Below are positions 59,032 to 64,000 of a stretch of 64,000 bases of DNA, one piece after another. Every line of letters begins with the position of its first letter. Within the stretch, counting starts at the first letter, position 1. The stretch covers positions 4,544,001 to 4,608,000 of the forward strand of contig OZ245006.1 in NCBI GenBank assembly GCA_965223545.1, in the 5' to 3' direction. Origin of the DNA: Planctomycetota bacterium (GTDB lineage: Bacteria; Planctomycetota; UBA1135; UBA2386). The position numbers and the translations under genes were made by a program. The notes beneath the pieces are model-generated. The model was not told the DNA's origin. It saw only the letters and a list, made by a program, of their open reading frames with translations, and did no database searches.

Positions 59032-59424
59032 ATGCGTCCTACGTTATCAAGAGTTCAGCGACCGGTGGGGGAACCAGGACCGGATTACCTCCGGCGGTTG
59101 CCGCTGCTCGCGCACGAGCTCGCAGCGCTCTACTTGATCGGCTCCTTCGCGTACCTCCAGGGTCGAGCCGGGCCCCGACCTTGGAAGGGCACCGGCGTCG
59201 ACGAAGATCGGTTCGAGCAGTTCGCCTGTATCCGCAACGCGCTCACAGACAACAAGGGCGACATCTCACAAGACCATGACGACTCGTGCCTGGGCAGGCT
59301 GCGTGACATCGCTGCGATCCCAGGGGTGAGCGTCAACGGGACTGTTGTCTCGCTGGACCTCGACTTCACCGAGCAGGTGCGGCAGTCATTCCCTCGGTTG
59401 TCGAAGCACTTGCGACACTGGTAG
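59032..59424 (+). CDS. Hypothetical protein, possibly a degenerate HEPN-like fragment
   Basis: Protein-like composition; IRNALTDNKG resembles RxxxxH with H replaced by D. Confidence 0.35.
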   Translation: MRPTLSRVQRPVGEPGPDYLRRLPLLAHELAALYLIGSFAYLQGRAGPRPWKGTGVDEDRFEQFACIRNALTDNKGDISQDHDDSCLGRLRDIAAIPGVSVNGTVVSLDLDFTEQVRQSFPRLSKHLRHW

Positions 59425-59603
59425 CGGAGGCACGATGACCCAGACACCGAAGACCCCCGAGCAGGGTCCAGTCCCACCGAGATCCGCGCCACGAAGCTCG
59501 CCTGGAGGTCGACTGCGCCGTCTCGTGCGTGTCCCAGACCTCGACCGAATTCTCCGGCGTGTTGCGGTTGAGCAGGAACTGTCGGCGGTGGATCTACCGC
59601 CGG

Positions 59604-61556
59604 TCACCGAAGCTCGAATCGTCGGCCGCTCCGCACGACAAGGGGCCGCTCCCAGCCCTGGCCCGTCTTCGGCGTCCAGGTCACGGAGTAGTCGCCGCTG
59701 CTGAGCCCGCCGATCTGCGTGTAGTTGCTGGACTCGAGGATAGTCGTGCGAGGCACCGCCAGGGATTCGCCGGCGGAGAGTCGCCGGGCGATGAGCAAGG
59801 TTCCTGCATTCCCGGTGCCGTGGTTCCAGCGGAGCTCACCCTGCGGGCGTAGAGTCACGCTCGGCCCGATGCCGGACGATGGCGAGCCGGGTACGAACTC
59901 CTCCCCGTACCCAGCTGCGCCGATTCCCAGCCAAGAGTCGCTGGCGCCATCGATCGTGGCGTGCCAGCGACCGTCGCTGTCGACGGGCGTGACCCGGCTG
60001 CGCTCGATGGCGTGGGGGTGCACTGTTCGCACCCGCACGTGCTCGATCCTCTCGCCCGAAGAGCTCACGACCGTGCCACTGAACGCGTCGGTGGGTTGCA
60101 GCTCGACCACGGTCCGCGAACTGCGGATCTCCTCGAAATGCTCGCGATAGCCCGGGTAGCGGATCCTGATCTGATCTGGCTCAACGGCGAGTTCATCGAG
60201 AACGAACTCGCCGTCGGCCTTCGTCCGCCCGGTCCCGGTCTGCACCTGACCCCGAAGCATCGGAGTGACTTGGGCCAGAGCAATCGGCTTCTTCGACCGG
60301 GCGTCGCGCACCTTGCCGTGGACCCGCAAGCCTGGCGCCAGGTCTATGTGAAAGGGGATCTTTCGGGCATCGAGGTCGAAGGACCGAGTCTTTTCGACGA
60401 ACCCCGCGGCTCGTACGAGGAGCTGTCCTGGTCCGGCCGGGACGACCATGTCGAGCTCCCCGCCCTCGTTGCTCCTGCCGCGGACCGCGCTCGAGCCGTC
60501 CGTGGCGTACCACGTGGCACGCGCGCCCGCGATCGGTGCACCACTGATGGATCTGACGATGCCCTGCAGTTCGACGCCGCGTTCCAGCGCGATCCGGTGC
60601 GAGCCCGAGGGCCCGATTTCGGCTCGGACGATCTCGTCGACCACGGAGATCATGTTCTCGGCCGTCACCGTGCAGTACGTGTGCGTCCAGGACTCTGGCA
60701 GAGCATCCACGGTCGCCTCGCCGGAGTCTCCCGTCGTCCAGGTCACGCCCGGGGCGGTGGACAATGAGAGATCAGCGCCCGGGATCCCCTGCCCGTCGGG
60801 CGCGACGACGAAGATCTCGAGCTCCGTGGCTTTCGCCAGCACGATGCGAAGCGGACGCGCCGCATACGGGCCGCTGCCGGTCTCCGGTGGTCTGGCGGCC
60901 GCGGCCTGCATCGCGGCGTAGCCCCTGGCGACGACGGAGAACTCCGCGTTGGGCTGCTCCCACGCAATCGGCAGGACCACCAGCCCGTCCGAGTCGGTCG
61001 AGACCGTCGTGGGCGCGGCGGTGAAGGCCGTCACCGCGACGTTCGGCACGGGGTGGTGATCGGAGTCCGACACCCGAATGCGCAGGAGCCAAATGGTCGG
61101 CCGAGTCACGATCGCGCACCGCGCTTCGGGCTCTCCGGCGGAGATCTTCAGCGCCCCCGGCTCGCAGGAGAAGCCCGCCACCGAGACCTTCGCAGTCACC
61201 TCTCCGAGATTCGATACATCCACGGCGACGCGGCCAACGGCATCGCTGGTGTATCGCTGCGCCGAACGGTCGTCAGGTTCGAACGTCATTGCGAGTCCCG
61301 GCCGCGGTGTTCCGCTTCCGTCGATGAGCGTCAACAACAGCTCCCGGCGAGCGGGTGGTGGGGTGGCCGGAGTCCTGTCTTCTGCGGGCGGCCGGGCCCG
61401 TTCGCCGGAGAGGTCGACCGGGCCGCGGGCTTCGCGCCGGTCGGTCACGGGTGGTCGCGCGGATTGTCCGGCGCCGGACCAAGAGAACGCCATGGCGCCC
61501 AGCACCAGCCCTGCGACCGCGGCCCCCATCAAGTGGAGCTTGGTTCGTCTTGTCAT
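59604..61556 (-). CDS. Carboxypeptidase-regulatory-like domain protein
   Basis: N-terminal TM; repeated G.PI.GA / T...G motifs. Confidence 0.78.
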   Translation of the reverse strand: MTRRTKLHLMGAAVAGLVLGAMAFSWSGAGQSARPPVTDRREARGPVDLSGERARPPAEDRTPATPPPARRELLLTLIDGSGTPRPGLAMTFEPDDRSAQRYTSDAVGRVAVDVSNLGEVTAKVSVAGFSCEPGALKISAGEPEARCAIVTRPTIWLLRIRVSDSDHHPVPNVAVTAFTAAPTTVSTDSDGLVVLPIAWEQPNAEFSVVARGYAAMQAAAARPPETGSGPYAARPLRIVLAKATELEIFVVAPDGQGIPGADLSLSTAPGVTWTTGDSGEATVDALPESWTHTYCTVTAENMISVVDEIVRAEIGPSGSHRIALERGVELQGIVRSISGAPIAGARATWYATDGSSAVRGRSNEGGELDMVVPAGPGQLLVRAAGFVEKTRSFDLDARKIPFHIDLAPGLRVHGKVRDARSKKPIALAQVTPMLRGQVQTGTGRTKADGEFVLDELAVEPDQIRIRYPGYREHFEEIRSSRTVVELQPTDAFSGTVVSSSGERIEHVRVRTVHPHAIERSRVTPVDSDGRWHATIDGASDSWLGIGAAGYGEEFVPGSPSSGIGPSVTLRPQGELRWNHGTGNAGTLLIARRLSAGESLAVPRTTILESSNYTQIGGLSSGDYSVTWTPKTGQGWERPLVVRSGRRFELR

Positions 61557-61649
61557 CGCGCTCCAGCAACGATACCGCGGGGCTCTTCGTTCAATCTCGG
61601 GCACCACCCCTGGTTGACAGCACAATCCCCACGGGCTCTGCTCGCCGCC

Positions 61650-62543
61650 GTGACTACGACCGAAGGCAAGCGTCCCCTGCACGTCGCCATCTCGCTGGGC
61701 AACGCCGACGTCGCGCCGATCGACGGCGTGAGCAATGAGGACGTTCACCGCGCGCACATGGACTTGGCTCGTGGGCTCCTGCAGCGCGGACACGTGCTGG
61801 TCTACGGTGGTGATCTCAAGCCGAGCGGGGGGCTCAGCGAGGAGCTGCTGGGGCTGGCGGCCGAAGCCTCGCCGCTCGGTGCCGGCGCGCGCGACGCCCC
61901 CGAGCGATGGGTGCGCAACGGCGTGGCGTGGCCGATCCACCTGCGCTATCGCCAAGAGGATCTCGCGCCGCTGAAGTTGCAGCGCGCCTTCGAGTTCTTC
62001 GATCCGCCGGCCGACCTGGCGCTCGATGACGCCGCGCGGCAGACGTTCGTGCCGCCGGACACGCCGGAGCGCCGGGTGTGGTGGGCGCGCTCGTTCCGAG
62101 CGATGCGCGAGCAGCTGGGCGGCACGCTGGATGCGCGGGTCGTGGTGTGCGGCCGCGGCATCGGCTCGTCGGGGGCGATCCCGGGGATTCTCGAAGAATG
62201 CGTGGTCGCCGTGCAGCAGCGGACGCCGCTGTTCCTGGTCGGCGCGCTCGGTGGCGTTGCGGTGCCTTTGATCGAAGCGTTCACGCAGGGCACGACCACC
62301 GTCTTCACCCGAGAAGCGCAGCGGGCGCACGAGCCGATGGGGGCGCTGTTCGACTATCTCGACGCCAACGGGCTCGGCGCACTCGCTGATTTCGAAGCGA
62401 TCGTGCGCCAGCTGCACGAGGCCGGCGTCGAAGGCTTGTGCAACGGGCTGAGCCGAGAGGAGAACGAACGCCTGTTCACCGGCCGTGACTGGCCGGCATC
62501 GCTCGAGCTGTTCTTGAACGGGCTCGAGCGACTGCGCGGCTAA
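61650..62543 (+). CDS. Stand-alone SLOG (cluster 2-like) protein
   Basis: VAISL, LARGLL..G..LVYGGDL, WPIH, MRE...DARVV.G, PGILEE, PLFLVGALGG. Confidence 0.75.
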   Translation: MTTTEGKRPLHVAISLGNADVAPIDGVSNEDVHRAHMDLARGLLQRGHVLVYGGDLKPSGGLSEELLGLAAEASPLGAGARDAPERWVRNGVAWPIHLRYRQEDLAPLKLQRAFEFFDPPADLALDDAARQTFVPPDTPERRVWWARSFRAMREQLGGTLDARVVVCGRGIGSSGAIPGILEECVVAVQQRTPLFLVGALGGVAVPLIEAFTQGTTTVFTREAQRAHEPMGALFDYLDANGLGALADFEAIVRQLHEAGVEGLCNGLSREENERLFTGRDWPASLELFLNGLERLRG

Positions 62544-63922
62544 AGCCCGCCGACCTGCGCCGCGCCCGCGCCGGATACCAGCAGCTGCGCCGGGTTCGCG
62601 CCGGGCGCGGCCACCAGCGCTTGCAGGTAGAACGTTTGGCCCAAGAGCCCCGGTGCGTTGGGGATCTGCGCCGTCCAGACCGAGCCGAAGCCGATCGCCG
62701 TGCTCGCCAAGGGGCCGACGAGGAGGCTGCAACCGGTGATCCCGAATCGCGTCAGATCCAAGGGCAGTGGCACCGCGCCCCATTGGCTGATCGAGTTGCC
62801 GACCATCATCACGCCGGCGCCCGGTGCGTTGGCAACCTGCACGGAGAACGGGCGCCCCAGCCACGGCAGGCTCGACGGGGCCGTGGCGCGTAGGCTCGGG
62901 GCGGCGATCCCGGCACACCCCGGCCCGGTCGTCGCGAACCGGGCCGCGACCACGGGCTCGTAGATCCAGGTCTCGTCACTGGCACCTCCCGATGCGAACC
63001 CGCCGAACATCACGGTCTGGCCGCGGGCGGTGTCGTGCGCCAATGCGAACTCGGAGCGGCCGGCGGGCGCGCCCGACGGCATCCGTGGGGCCCAACCGCT
63101 GCTGGCGTCCAGCTCGTAGGTTCCCCACGGAAACCCCTGGCCGGGGCCGCCGCCGAAGCCGACCTTGACCACGCGGTCGCGCGCCTCGTCGTAGGCCATC
63201 TTCCAGGCCGCCGGTGCGGCACCGCCGTTCACCACCGTCCACGCCCGGCCATCCCATGCCCACGTGTCGGTGAACAGGTTGGCACCACCCTGGCCACCGC
63301 CCAACAGGACGCGCCGGCGCTGCGAGTCGTAGGTCAGGTGCGCGTAGGCGCGCTCCGGAGGGTGCACCGCGACCGGCGCGAGCCGCCACGACGATCCGTC
63401 CCATACCCAAGTCTCGTTGGTCGGATTCGCCAGCGCGCCTCCGCCGAACTGGATCACCGAGCGATCGGCGCGCGACAACACGGCACCGATCTGGTTGGGG
63501 GGCGTCTGTGCTGCGGCGGCGACTTTGGTCCACGCGACGCCATCCCAGCGCCAAGTGCCGTAGCCGTTGTTGTCGAACAGCACGACGATGACACCACCTC
63601 CCACCGGGTCGTGTGCGAGGGTCGCATCGAGGATGCCGATCGAGCTGGGATAGGGAATCCGACTCCAAGTCGTGCCATCCCACTCCCACGCGTCGGTGAG
63701 CGCGCGGCTGTTGTCGTCGACGCCACCGAGCATCACGCATCGCGCGCGCCCGGGGTCGTAGGCCATCCCCGCGCCGTAGCGCGCCGGGGGCTCTTGAGCC
63801 GGCGACGCCAGCCGCCACCGTGTCTGGCTGGCGCCGTGCGCCAGCGGTGCAGTCACGCTGATTGTGAGCGCGGTGATGGAGCAAACGAAGCTCGCGCGCA
63901 GCCAGCCATGAGGATTCAGCAT
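62540..63922 (-). CDS. Secreted Kelch-like repeat protein with the shared C-terminal domain
   Basis: Repeats of PPAR...MAYD..R..V.FGG...DTW.WDG..W. Confidence 0.87.
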   Translation of the reverse strand: MLNPHGWLRASFVCSITALTISVTAPLAHGASQTRWRLASPAQEPPARYGAGMAYDPGRARCVMLGGVDDNSRALTDAWEWDGTTWSRIPYPSSIGILDATLAHDPVGGGVIVVLFDNNGYGTWRWDGVAWTKVAAAAQTPPNQIGAVLSRADRSVIQFGGGALANPTNETWVWDGSSWRLAPVAVHPPERAYAHLTYDSQRRRVLLGGGQGGANLFTDTWAWDGRAWTVVNGGAAPAAWKMAYDEARDRVVKVGFGGGPGQGFPWGTYELDASSGWAPRMPSGAPAGRSEFALAHDTARGQTVMFGGFASGGASDETWIYEPVVAARFATTGPGCAGIAAPSLRATAPSSLPWLGRPFSVQVANAPGAGVMMVGNSISQWGAVPLPLDLTRFGITGCSLLVGPLASTAIGFGSVWTAQIPNAPGLLGQTFYLQALVAAPGANPAQLLVSGAGAAQVGGL

Positions 63923-64000
63923 GTGGATCGACCTCTACGCAGGAGGCGGCGACCGGACTTGCGTTTCTTAGAAAACCTACCCCGAACGGTCACCGTGTGT

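Overview
High-GC bacterial chromosome window, most likely from an uncultured Planctomycetota. This is an inference from the ECF sigma/Ser-Thr kinase pairs, a sigma-carboxypeptidase-regulatory fusion and many secreted beta-propeller proteins. The left end (1-5.4 kb) is a mobile/defence patch: a window-truncated Mrr-like nuclease-NACHT-FGE (NLR-like) gene that the ORF track misses, nested degenerate IS copies, and an IS91-family pseudogene. The core holds the EF-P beta-lysylation genes (efp, epmA, epmB), with a gasdermin-like lipoprotein gene between efp and epmB, and a GDP-heptose synthesis/modification cluster (gmhA, gmhB, hddA, hddC, fcl-like, SDR, Cys-less sugar dehydrogenase, GT-C transferase). 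Two genes split by the ORF track are selenoprotein candidates: a UxxC glutaredoxin and a two-Sec VPGU-thioredoxin/MsrA-like fusion, with similar SECIS-like hairpins. Seven unrelated secreted proteins share a C-terminal domain. The right end has an AraC-linked lipoprotein SnoaL/DODA cassette, an IS630 remnant and a stand-alone SLOG protein. I saw no rRNA, tRNA or CRISPR array. All family calls come from manual motif recognition, not database searches.
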